Assembly: GCF_000315625.1 (NCBI RefSeq)
Contig: NW_005434629.1
Span: 62,001 to 126,000 of the forward strand
Reading direction: 5' to 3'
Source: Guillardia theta CCMP2712
Lineage: Eukaryota > Protista > Cryptophyta
DNA length: 64,000 bases
A program made the position numbers and the translations under genes. Under the pieces are notes generated by a model. The model was not told the origin of the DNA and made no database searches. It saw nothing but the letters and a program-made list of their open reading frames with translations. This document shows, piece after piece, positions 28,652 to 39,749 of the stretch. Numbering within the stretch: the stretch's first letter is position 1; every line of letters begins with the position of its first letter.

Positions 28652-31250
28652 ATGGCCCGGAAGGAAGAAGCCCCTGCGGCCCGGGCGGGAGGAGCCCCCG
28701 GCATGGAGGCGGAGGGGCTAGCAGATCCCGCCATGGCAGAGCCAGCCGAAGATGCAGACGTCGTCCAAGACCCCAAGGCCTCACCCAGCGCAGAGACTAG
28801 CGCCAAGGAGCTGCCAGAGGGCGAGGGCAAGCCCAAGGCAAATGGCAGCGAGGCGACCGGCAGCTCCAAAGCCTCCAAGGATGGCGCGAATGACACCAAG
28901 AAGGAGGAGAGCTGTGCTACGGTGAGTTTGTCTCTTGTCTGAGATCCCTTGTCTCTCTTTGTCCGGCACGGGCCTGCCCTGACTCTGGCTGTATGCGAAG
29001 GACGAAACGAAGAAGAATGAGGAGGGAAGCAGCAGCAACCAGGCGCAGAGCGGAGGGACGAGCAAGAGCGTGCCTGAAGCCCAGCTGGACGATCAGCCTC
29101 GTGACGTGACATGCAAGTGCGGCAATACGGGCCTTTACCTCAAAAGGAAGTACCATGACCTCCCGGCGATCGAGATCCTCGAATGCAAGGCCTGTCAGGA
29201 GACGGTCGCCGTCTGCGGAGCATGCGGGGCGAAGATGAGCTCCGAGGGGGGGCATCTGCGCAGGCATGTTCGCAAGCACATCAAGGAGTCCGAGGAGTAC
29301 CGTGACCAGTCAGGAGATGCCAAGGAGAACATGGCGAGCCGACTTCGTGGGCACAAGGGAGCCAACGGAGACTCCCCAGCCCCGGCCAAGAAGCAGAAGG
29401 TGGAGGGGAAGGAGCAAGAGAGCACAGGAGAGGGCACCCCGACCGCGTCGAAACCCTCCAGGAAGTCAACCTCCAGTACCCCTGGCAAGCCGAGGATCCG
29501 TGCTTGCTTCGACTGCTCCAAGGTGATGGCGATGGGTGGGAGGAAGGTGAGGAGGTTGATGTGTGCGCAGATGAAGCTCAGGTGCGATGGAGAGCGCCCT
29601 TGCTCCTCGTGCATCAAGGTGCGAAGATGCTTCAACTGCAGTTTGACTTGTGTGCTCACCTGGGAAGCAGAGTGGGAAGGAATGTAAGGAGAAGCCCCCC
29701 AAGACGCCTGATGCCAACGCCAAGGTTGTCAGCAAGGTGCGGGGACTTGCTCTTCTGGTCTCCCTCGCTTGCTGATCTTCTACGGCAGTCCCCAGCCACT
29801 CCTGCCCCTCCGTCGGAGACCAAGATGCACAGATCGAAGGCACTGCACGACAACGACGACTGGTGCAGAGTCTGCAAGCTCGGAGGTCTGTATGCTCGTG
29901 CCTGCCTCCCCTTCATGTGCGCGAGCTCACAATGAGGCAGGCGACCTGCTGCTGTGCGATGGAGCGAACTGCAGATGGTCCTTTCATTTAGGTTCTGCCC
30001 TTCTGTTGCTGGAAGCTACGGGTGACGCGATTTTCAGACTGCCTCTATCCTCCTCTCAGCAAGCCCCCTTCCGGTGAGGTTTCAGCACCGCTGGTCTCCA
30101 ATCTGACGGCCCTGCAGGAGAATTCCTCTGCCTCAACTGCCAGGACAAGAGGCTCAATGACAGCAGGCCGCCAGTCAAGGTCGCCCGCACCCTGAGCCCT
30201 TATCATGTGCGACGCTGAACATCTGCCAGGTCGTCAAGCCGAAAGCTCCGAAGGAGGTGCTTGCATGCCGCAGGCTGTCGGGAGACGTTTGTTGATCTCG
30301 AAATTCCTCAGGCTCAGACCTCGGGCGCTGACTCGCCCGTCCCACCTGTACCGCCAGCTATTCCCCAGTCGGACTCTCCCAACGATGTGAGAGTAGCTGG
30401 TGCGGGCATGGCAAGCAGGCTGACGGGTCTAGCAGATGATAGACCCGTCCAACATCGCTCTCAACCACGGGATCTTGAAGGACGATGCCACTGTCTGGTG
30501 TACGATCTGCAACAGGTGAGATGCAGTGAAGGCGCAACTGAGATGTCAACCGGGTTGCGCAGAGAGTTTCGTTCTGCCTGGGCATTTTCCCAGCACGTCC
30601 GCATATCGAGGAGGTCCCTACTTGCACTTATCATGTTCCAGTCCCAACGATGTTGCAAACAGGCACGGTGGTGGGCGAGCAAAACGTGGAGAAGGGAAGA
30701 AATCCAAGAAGAAGTATGTCTTGAATTGTTTGAATCTTTCCTCTGAGTTTGATGTCTCCCTCTCTCTTCCCCTCCCTGCTTGTCTCTTTTCCACCTCCTT
30801 TCTCGCTGTGCTTTCAGGCTGCTGCAACAGTCTGGATCAGGAAAGGATGTAAGCTGTCCTTGTTTCCCACGTTCCCCGCAGACCTGACGCCTGTCCAGGC
30901 CGACCAACTTGACGACGGTGAAGAAGACACCGAAGAAGAGCTGGAGGACAGCATCCTGAACGAGAGCACGAGTGCTGATCCGCCTGAGAAGGAGACTGGC
31001 GATGGCAAAGACACGGACGTCAAGGTAACCTGCTCCTGCTTCACCTCACCTACTCACAGCGACTCCCTTTACTAGATGAAAGATGCTGGGGAAGTCGTTG
31101 CTGAGATCAATCCTCCTCCTCCTCCAGAGTGATTGGACAGATTTCTTCTTCCCTTCCCCCCCTCCCATCCTCCCCTGCGTGCACTTACTGCTTTCCGAGT
31201 GCATGCCATCATTCAAATTGATTTTTGAACTGAGCTCCCGCCGGTCGTGA
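28652..31250 (+). CDS. Multi-zinc-finger chromatin/transcription regulator: C2H2-like + Zn2Cys6 + PHD + C2H2-like (3' end approximate)
   Basis: Spliced through canonical ~50-nt introns: CGACGAKMSSEGGHLRRHVRKH; RIRACFDCSK|MKLRCDGERPCSSCIK|SGKEC; NDDWCRVCKLG|GDLLLCDGANCRWSFHL|DCLYPPLSKPPS|GEFLCLNC; WCTICN|REFRSAWAFSQH. Confidence 0.85.
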
Positions 31251-31874
31251 GCCGCGTAAGACTTAAGTGACTGAACATTGAACCCCAGCAATAAACTGGG
31301 TTCTCAGACCCTCTCTCCTCCCTGATTGCCTTCAGCTCGGGGCAGCGACCAACGTCCCCACAAGACTCTCAGTCCGATCAAAGTGACTGCCTAACTTTGA
31401 GTACTAAACTGAAAGGAGATCACCTATCATAGTATCATCACGTCACTAGTAGTGCCACTCAGCCACGGTCGGACTGGCACTGACCGTCCGGGGGCCTGAA
31501 GCCTTTCCGAGCCCGCCGGGCATTTCAGTGACTGCTGGGCGGGCTCGATTGGAGGATCGTCGGGGAGACATGGAGTGGTGGGCGACGAGGGGAGGAGGAA
31601 GAGGAGCGCAGGGAACGGCATTCACAGGTGAAGCATGTGAACTTATGTGTCGATGCGTCGCTTTGTTTGTCTTGGATATGATAAGAATGTTGGGTCAAGG
31701 CAGAAGAGTTTGGTTTCCTCGAAAACGTCTGATCACTTGATGAGACGGAAGATCTTTGAACAAGCAGTTTGTATTGCATCTTGATTTGATCAAGACAGTG
31801 TCTTAGAGAGGTCTCAAGTTAGTTCAAAAGTGTCATGAGTCTGATAGAAGTTGAAGGTTGCAGCTGACGAGACC

Positions 31875-34800
31875 ATGTTACTAGGGGTAAGACTGAGATG
31901 CGACCGGAGGCTGATCCCGTCGTGGTGTGGATCCCAAAGGATAAGGCGGTACAGGACCATGGAGCACAGGATGAGTCTCAATCACCTGCCGCCTGTCGCA
32001 GAGATAGAATGGAATTCGCTGTCTTGTTTTCCCTCCGCTACAGAGCAGGGGGCGATGACAGCTTGCCTGAATGGCGACGTGGAGTATGCGGTACCTGAGC
32101 TTGTGCTGGGCGAGGAGGTCAGAAACTCATTTGCTCTTTCTCTGCAGATTCTGTTCGTCTCTGGTCTTGCTGGGATACTTCTTGCTCCGAGCTTGCTCTC
32201 CGTGATGGAGAAGATCTCGAACTTTGTGATAGACAACGACGAGCTTGACTCGGTTTCTGTTTCCTCCATCACTCGCGTTGACCAGTTGAGAGTGAAGGAG
32301 CTAGAAGCTGGAGGGGTTGAGGGCATTGGAAGGTCGAAACCTGGAGACGTCAATGAACATGAACATGCATGTCACCATGACACGATGAAAGTACTCTCGG
32401 AGTGGGGAGTGATAAGGAACAGCAAAGCAGTCAACCCTTACGACAGTGTCCTCCCCACTGAAAACCGTCTGCTCCTGCTGCTTCGTTGCAAGTCCCGTTG
32501 GACTCATGGGTTTGGACCGAGTGTCGCATCATGCTGGGACGATGACGGCGAGTCTTCCGGCATGACTTTGCCAGAGTTCGAGCTGAGGATGATCGTCGAG
32601 TCCTTTGGCAGCGACGGAGCTCGGGTGAAACTGGTGGGGATGAACGACAGAAGGGGAGTGGTGCTCTCCTTGTCCATGAGAGAGCAGCAGCGGGACGGAT
32701 GGGACAGTCTGCTGAATGCACACCTGACATCGGCCCGCGAGAACGAGCTTGGCCTGCTCTGTCAGGCTGTGAGAAGGTGAGGACTTCTGCAGTCATGTGA
32801 TTCGTTTAGCTGCGTGAAAACAGGTCGGTGCTCTCGCACTCTCTCATGTACAATATAGCTGGTGGAAGTGACATCATGCAAGGTTTGCTAGCAATGTGAC
32901 GATCCAGGATCTGACGATATGATTCCTTCCAGTCTTGTCGTTGTCCCTTAGTGAAGAGGGATTCACAAACATCGTGAAGGACCGACCATGGTAGCAAATT
33001 TTCCGTAGCAAAGAAGCAACTGACAATTTCCCAATCCTTCTCGTCCTTCTTCACCTTGGTCCTCGACTTCGCTTCTACCGTCTCTTCCATCTTCTCCTTC
33101 TCAATTCCCCCCATGATCGGCCGTTCGTTTTTCTCCCGTCCATACTCTCCCACATTCATACATGTCATTTCCCTTTCTCTTGTTTGCATTCCTCCTCCTT
33201 CTTGTCTTCCTCTTCCTCTTCTTCGTCCCTCTCCCTCCCTCCTCCTGCTCTGTCCTCCTGCAACGACAGGAGGTTGCGGGTAATGAGTCTGCAAGAGTCC
33301 CAAGTGAGTTTCTTTGCCTCGGGCAACGTTCCTGACTGTTCCTAGGTGAGCAAGGAAAGAGTGGATACGAGAATTCGAGAGCTTCAGGCGAGGAGGATAG
33401 GGATTGGAAGAGGAAGAGGAAGAGGGAGGGGGAGGGGAGGGGAGCGGGGAGGAATTTCTCTGACCATGTTTCTAGCCGTTCTTGCGGAAGCTCAATGGGA
33501 TCAGAAATGACAAGAGAGCTGAGGTGAGATGTATTGAAAGAGAGGCCGTTACTGATCTGGTGGCCACCAGACTTGTCTCTGTCTTGTCGAGGATGCTTTT
33601 GATGAACATCCTTCTCCTACCATGCTTGCTCTTGTCTTGCAGGTGATGAAACAAAACGAAGCAGAAGGAAGGGAGGAAGGAAGGAGGAAGGAGGAAGGGA
33701 GGCAGGCAGGCAGGGAAGGGGTGAGAGAGGGAGCGAGGACAGATGGCCCTATTACGAATGATTCTTTCATGGAAACCAGAGGGGTTCTGCTGTGGGCGAT
33801 GAAGACCTTTACAACATTGCCGGGTCAAGGAGGAGGCCACGAGCTGTGAGAGTGAGAAACGTCGGCGGCAGCTGCTGACTGGGGTGAGCAGGGGATACTG
33901 AGAACTTTCTCCAACAACGAGAGAAAGTTCAAGACGGCAACTGCCATGGAGCCGGAGGTCGCGAGTGACGATGCGAGGGTGCGGGCATGACCTGCTATGA
34001 AAGATCTCCCTGCTCATGGCCAACGTGGCGAAAATCAGAGAAGATGCCATCGTCCTCGACCCTTTCTGCGGATCCTGTGATGACCCCCGATGACCCCCGA
34101 TGGAGAGGGAAGCTGACCTGCTGCCGTCAGGCTCGCTGCTGCTTGCTGCTGGTATCATCCTCCGAGGGAGGGTGAGGTGGCTAGTTTCTAGTGCTTTCCA
34201 GCTGATGGTTGCAACCTTAGTGCCAGCTCTACGGTTACGATGCGGATGGAGAGATCATGGGGATGTTGGAGAAGATCAGCTCTGACTTTGTGAGGCAGAG
34301 ACGGCAAGGCGATGTAGCTGATGGACTTGTATCAGGCCCATCACAGCATAGCGCCTCCGACGATAAGAAGGGCTGGCATCGAAACCCTCGGGCAGGACTC
34401 AGACTTCCGGAGATTGAAGTTCAATGCAATCATCACTGACCCTCCCTATGACATGAATGCTCAAATTCTTGAGAGTGAGGACAAGAGGAGCAGGAAAAAG
34501 AAGTGGAGGGAAGTGGAAGGGCAAGCAGACAGTGGTCAGCGAGTCCCGATGCTCATCAGATGTCTCTTGGACATCGCGCACCAACGGTTGACGAGGTTAG
34601 AGATGCAGTGATCCTGCCAGAGCTGATGAAACGTGATCAGGCAGGGTACACTTGTTTTCTTCCTGCCGACAAGAGGTGCAGGGGTTGAGTGGACGATAGA
34701 TGGTGATTTTCGATCTCAATCTCACTCGCTGACGTGCTGCGAATCTAGACGATCATCCTCTTCCTGGCCTTCCTTGCGGCACCTGGGTTCCCTTGCGACC

Positions 34801-34995
34801 CCCAAGCTTCCTGTCACTGACATGCAAGTGCCCGCAGGATGAAGGGACGTGGCGCTATAAAAGTCTTCGAGTCGTTGCTTGCTTCCCGCAGACGTTTTCA
34901 GACACATTCAAGAGGTTGTTTCCTGTGAGGAGAACCTGTCATGATCGCAATGACTTTGTTTTGGAAGATGGCTCATAGTCATGGAGCGAGATTGA
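31875..34995 (+). CDS. TRM11-like SAM-dependent tRNA guanine-N2 methyltransferase (start uncertain)
   Basis: TAMEPEVA, LLMANVAKIREDAIVLDPFCGS|GSLLLAA, FNAIITDPPYD, GTLVFFLPT, and spliced C-terminus FKR|WLIVMERD*. The N-terminal LPEFEL...RSVL segment resembles the Trm11 N-terminus. Confidence 0.7.
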
Positions 34996-35241
34996 GATAT
35001 CCCTCCGCTCGCTATCCCACCAGTGTGTCAATGTCGTTAATGAAACAGTGTATCATTCCCAACCACCACGCCTGGGGTGTGCTGTGGAACAAATGTCGAA
35101 CCTCCCGAGCTCCATGGAGTCAAAGATACCCTCACTTCCGTGAAGATGCTCCCCACTCCTTTGCTGCTACGACTCGTAGTAGTATGTAGGTAGCAACCAA
35201 GGGACAGATGAAGGAGGAAGAACAAGGGGAGAGGGGAGGGT

Positions 35242-36166
35242 TTACTCCATGCTCCTCGATGCATTTGAGTGGGCGCTCAGCCACTGGCTCCTTGGCTTCA
35301 GATGTTCTCTCCTAACCTCCCTGTACAAGATCCCTGGCTCTCCCTTCCTGGAGATCCCGAGCCTCACCGTCGATCCTGATCCCACCATGACACACGATAA
35401 CGTCGAGCAAGCATTACCTTCTTCTCCCAGCAGAGCGCGAGCCAGCAGGCTCGGGATGTCACCGGAGAAGCTCATCTTACCGGACTGGGGCTACATGCTT
35501 CAAGGTTCGCAGCAGCAGGGACAAGATTACATTGTTCATGAGCTCGCGCAGGTCGAGGTCGTCGACGAAGAGGATCGAGTCTCCTATCTGCACCTTACCG
35601 TCTCTCTCCGCTGGCCCGTCCTTTGCCAGGCAGATGACTACCGCTCCCTGACAACCCTCGCGTCAGCCTCTCCCTCTCCTGACTGCGCTCGAGAGCGTGT
35701 TGAAGGGATACCCGTCCTTCAGCCAGCATCTGCGAGTCGAGCCCCATCCCGATTCCGCACGGCGAGGAGAGAGGCCTTGACTCGTGCAGAGGACCTCTCT
35801 TCTTGTGTCTCGTCTCGCAGCAGCTCAGGTTGAGCAAGGAGTCGCTGCTCTCAGGCGCATCATGGCTCTCGGCGGCACCCATTGGATACAACCTGCAAAA
35901 AAGCAGAAGCTAGTCATCTGCTGCTCCCATTGAAGCCCTTGCTCCTATGGGGAGGAAAGGAACCTTGCATGGAAAACTTTTGAAAGCACAAAATCTCCCT
36001 CCCTCCCTCCCCTCCTCCGTCTTTGTCATAGCATCATTCCTTCTACTGTGTCGTGTCTCTTAACTACCTGCTACCACTATTCCCTTGCAGTTTCGAGGCT
36101 CTGCCTGGCTTGCTCTTCCTCTCTTTCTGCAGGGCTCATACTCTCTCGTTCATCCGAAGTTAGCAT
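35242..36166 (-). CDS. PDZ-domain protein (ends approximate)
   Basis: Spliced CGIGMGL...GAVVICLAKDGPAERDGKVQIGDSILFVDDLDL...LLGEEG|STVRLGISR follows the PDZ consensus. Confidence 0.7.
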
Positions 36167-37054
36167 GATGCCATGAAGCGCGGGGGAGCCTGCTATGCTG
36201 AGCGCGGCTTCAGTTTGAGTAAGGACTGTATCAGCGCCTGATTGCGATGGCACTACCTTGGCGGTGACTACCGGCGGTGCGGCCCCGTCTGCCCGCGCCC
36301 CCCGGGCCCCCCCGGGCCCCCCCGGGCGCCGCACGGGCTGTGACGGGAGTCACTGAGTCACTGAGAGTCCGATGATCGGATCACCGGGTCTGGGAGTCCG
36401 AGCCGCCTGTACCGCCCGGCATTGCCCGGTGCCGCCAGAGAGAAAGCACCGCCCATTCTGGGGTCAAACCTCCGACTCGCACGTGCCTCACGTTTCTCGT
36501 GTGTTTTGTTGAATTTTTTAATTTTTTGTGATTTTCAGAGAGAGTTCTTGGTTCGGATTCACATGTTAGTGTGAAATGAACTGAGCAAAAAAAATATTTT
36601 CTTATCATTATATTCGGTCAACAGAAAACTGATTCATACATCTCGGAGTGTAATTAATAAATAACATTTCTTCATGACACATCGCGCATGTGTCCATCTG
36701 CTTAACTCTTATCAAGTTTTCTACATACTCAACATCAATGAAATCTTGCATGATCTTGTCAATGCATTACTCACATAATTTCATACAAGATGAAAGTATC
36801 TCAACGCTCTATATATCGGATGTTTATTCGAATAGCAGAGTCAAGTTTAAACATTTCTCACTACAGAGCCATCTAGCCAACACATCGCAGTCTTGACAAC
36901 CCTCAAGTTTTTCATTTCCTCAGAGCTCACTAACCTGGCTGAAATCAAATATAAGAATCACCAGTTATCTGATGCTGAGTCTTGTGTAAAGGATTGACAC
37001 TGTAAATGTTGAATGGCTGCTTTCAGTCATGGTGATCCAGGCCAATCCTTCTTG

Positions 37055-38223
37055 TGCTATGGCGCAACTTTGACAGTCTTTCATCCGATGACCAAACTCC
37101 TGCACTCCGCTGGTCTCGTCATTCCTTGACAATGGACTTCGCTGTCCTCACAAACATCCACATGGTCTCGGGTCAAGCCCGACCACGCACACTTCGCTCC
37201 CTTCCTCGCCGCCTCTCCATCCGTATCTCGAAAGCGCGTCCTCGTCCTCCACCTTGCTTACCCTGAACCTCTCAACATTGTCCTTGGGGACGACAAAGAC
37301 GATCTCAAGCTTCCACTGCTCCCATCCTTCGATGCTCAAGGAATCCAGGCAGTCCGAGAAGTACCGCAGCTTCAGGTCATGAGCCTCTCTAGACGTCACC
37401 TGCACAAACCGCACTAACTTGGAGCTCCAGTCTACAATCACAGCATCATATCCTCCCTGGTTCCATGCCACGGGCTTCAGGCACACGCGCTCCTTGCTAT
37501 TCTCCCCAGCCTCATAAACATCTGTTGGATCAAAAGACTCCACTTCGCACCTTGACCACTCAACATCTCCTCCTTGGATGGTGGTTAGCTTTAGCGGTCC
37601 TGGCATTTGCTTTATCCGAGCAAAGAACAGCATCTCGAACAACACTCCCCGTAGTACTGGGTTCTCAGCCATGTTGGTGAGCTCTTGTATTTTCCTTACG
37701 AAGGACTCTCCAAGCTTCTCCGCTAGCTCCGTGGCAGCAAACCTGCTGACAAGCCCCCAGTACACCTTCTTTCCAATACGGTGCTTCCCATGCAGTAGAT
37801 TCACAAACCGTTTCGATTGCTCACCAGTAGAAAACTCCATCAGGCTCGGAAAATCGTCCACATCGCTCATCGCATCACGAAGGCTTTCGATCGCTTCCTC
37901 TGTCGTATATTCGAACATGAGCCGGCATGAGCCCCCGGCTACCCGATACTTGGACTCGACTTCTCTCGTCCTTCTCTCTTCTTCTGTCTCACGCCTTCTC
38001 GTTTGTTTTCTCTTGCCCAGACTCGTTCCCATAGCCTCAGCCACACTCATGTACAGCAAGTCGTACTTAGCGGCATCCTGGTACTCCTCCAGCGTCCAAG
38101 AGTAAACCTTCATCTCTTTCACCTTTTCTATTCTATCTTGCTCGTCGCTCTTCTTTCCTCGAGAAATCATCGATGTAGTGACGGCAAGTCGCCGATTCTC
38201 CCTGTCAAAGTTGCGCCATAGCA
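37055..38223. repeat. Perfect 22-bp inverted repeat pair (37055-37076 and 38202-38223)
   Basis: TGCTATGGCGCAACTTTGACAG and its exact reverse complement CTGTCAAAGTTGCGCCATAGCA. Confidence 0.9.
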
Positions 38224-39345
38224 GGCAAATGCTCAACACAACATCATATTCATGCACCCCCTACACGTAGCCGTCCAACGAAACAAGATACTTCCGTCGC
38301 TTGTCAGTCCATCCCTGAAGAATCTTCTTCACCCCGCTGGCCACCTCGTCCGAAGACAAGTCGCATCTCCTTTGTTGCCCATCGACCACTTGTATACAAC
38401 TGACGATCCCCAACTTCCACAGCCGCACGAACATCACACACCACCCTTCCTCAATGCTTTTTGATAGTATGAAACATATCGTCGTCGTTGTCTTCCCCGT
38501 CCCTGGAGGACCCAAGATCCAACCCATATATCCTTCCTTGCAAACTTTCTCCTCCAGGAAATCCATCTGCTCATTGAAGCCATCCCTGCAGTAAAGCACC
38601 ACCTTCCCTGCTGTCCCAGGGTTCCAGTTCATGATCGATCGATCGACACTAAAGAGTTTGCGATTCTCCTCATAGCCCAGCTCACTAGCATCCAACGGTG
38701 TCTCCATCCACTGAATCCCGTGGTTAATCTCTTCCTTCGTTAGCCGATCTTGCTTTTCCTTTCGCAGGTCCTGCTTTTCCTTTCGCAGGTCCTGCTTTTC
38801 CTTTCGCAGGTCCTGCTTTTCCTTTCGCAGGTCCTGCTTTTCCTTTCGCAGGTCTTCTTCTTTCTTTCGCAGGTCCTCTTCTTTCTTTCGCAAGTACTTC
38901 TCTTTCTCCTCGACATCCCTCAATATATCCTCCCAGTACCTCTGGCCCGCCCCCTTGTCAAGAAGCTGTATCCTTATGCCAGCCTTCTTCGTCTCCAAGA
39001 CCTTGAGCTCCTTGGCGATTCCCCGTGCTTCCTCTTCTTCCTCATCTATCTTCTTCGTAACATTCTCCAATTTTCTCTCGACCTTGGCTTGTTCTTGTCG
39101 TAGTCTTGCCTCCGCGATATCCTCCTCAACGTCCTCCAGGTCCATGTTTGCATGCGGCACCCCTCCCCCTCCTCGAATCACCGCGGGAATCATGTGCTGA
39201 GCGCATCCGCGCGGGAAATGCTGTCCAAGAAGTGCACATGCACATGTGGTCAGAAGCACTAGTCCTGCAATACTTGAAACATTGAATCAACAAGACCTAA
39301 CGTCCGGAACAAACCTGCTGCAATCCTCAGGAGACCCGATGTCAT
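37148..39345 (-). CDS. Crinkler/RHS-type effector (signal peptide, coiled coil, P-loop NTPase, restriction-endonuclease-fold domain) with one in-frame TAG at 38261-38263; pseudogene or readthrough gene
   Basis: Exon 1 39345-39315 plus a 50-nt GT-AG intron gives MTSGLLRIAAGLVLLTTCACA. Walker A GPPGTGKT, Walker B LVSLDG, AGGSCRLMF, GVLFE, and nuclease motif NQGGYDAV...FVQVT...HDLK. The two listed ORFs are in the same frame: GYV-TAG-GVHEY. Confidence 0.8.
38750..38891 (-). repeat. 21-bp coding tandem repeat (heptad KQDLRKE / EEDLRKK)
   Basis: TGCTTTTCCTTTCGCAGGTCC repeated in tandem on +, with degenerate flanking copies. Confidence 0.9.
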
Positions 39346-39749
39346 GCTGCAATCAACCGGATGTCCTGACCTGACCGTGTGATCAAACAAAAACAAAGAT
39401 CACGATGAAGTGACGGGGAAAGATAGAGAGGAGAGGCCGAGCAAGAACAGAGGGCAGAGCGCGGAATACGACCGAGGAAAGGGAATGGAGAAATACAAGA
39501 AGTAAAGTAGAGCTATGCGATCTAGGTAGGATTCAACACATTTGTTTTCTGTCAGGTTTATAGTTCAAACTATGAATCTAGTACTAGGGGTTTGGGGGGG
39601 TGAAGGCGTGTAGAATTAAAACATTTTAGAAGGTACCAGGAAACGATACTGAGCTACAAAAACATCCCAAATCACTGAGTCACTATTCACGGGTTTCAAA
39701 TATGGTTTTGAATTTCAACAGTACAAAATCTCAACTTGCGCGAACTTGA

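Noticed and set aside
37055-38223. Autonomous TIR DNA transposon
   Set aside because: No target-site duplication, and one arm is in-frame coding sequence in the middle of the gene. Kept only as an inverted-repeat finding.
38750-38891. Tandem repeats as a CRISPR array
   Set aside because: No unique spacers, the repeat is coding, and the context is eukaryotic with no cas genes.
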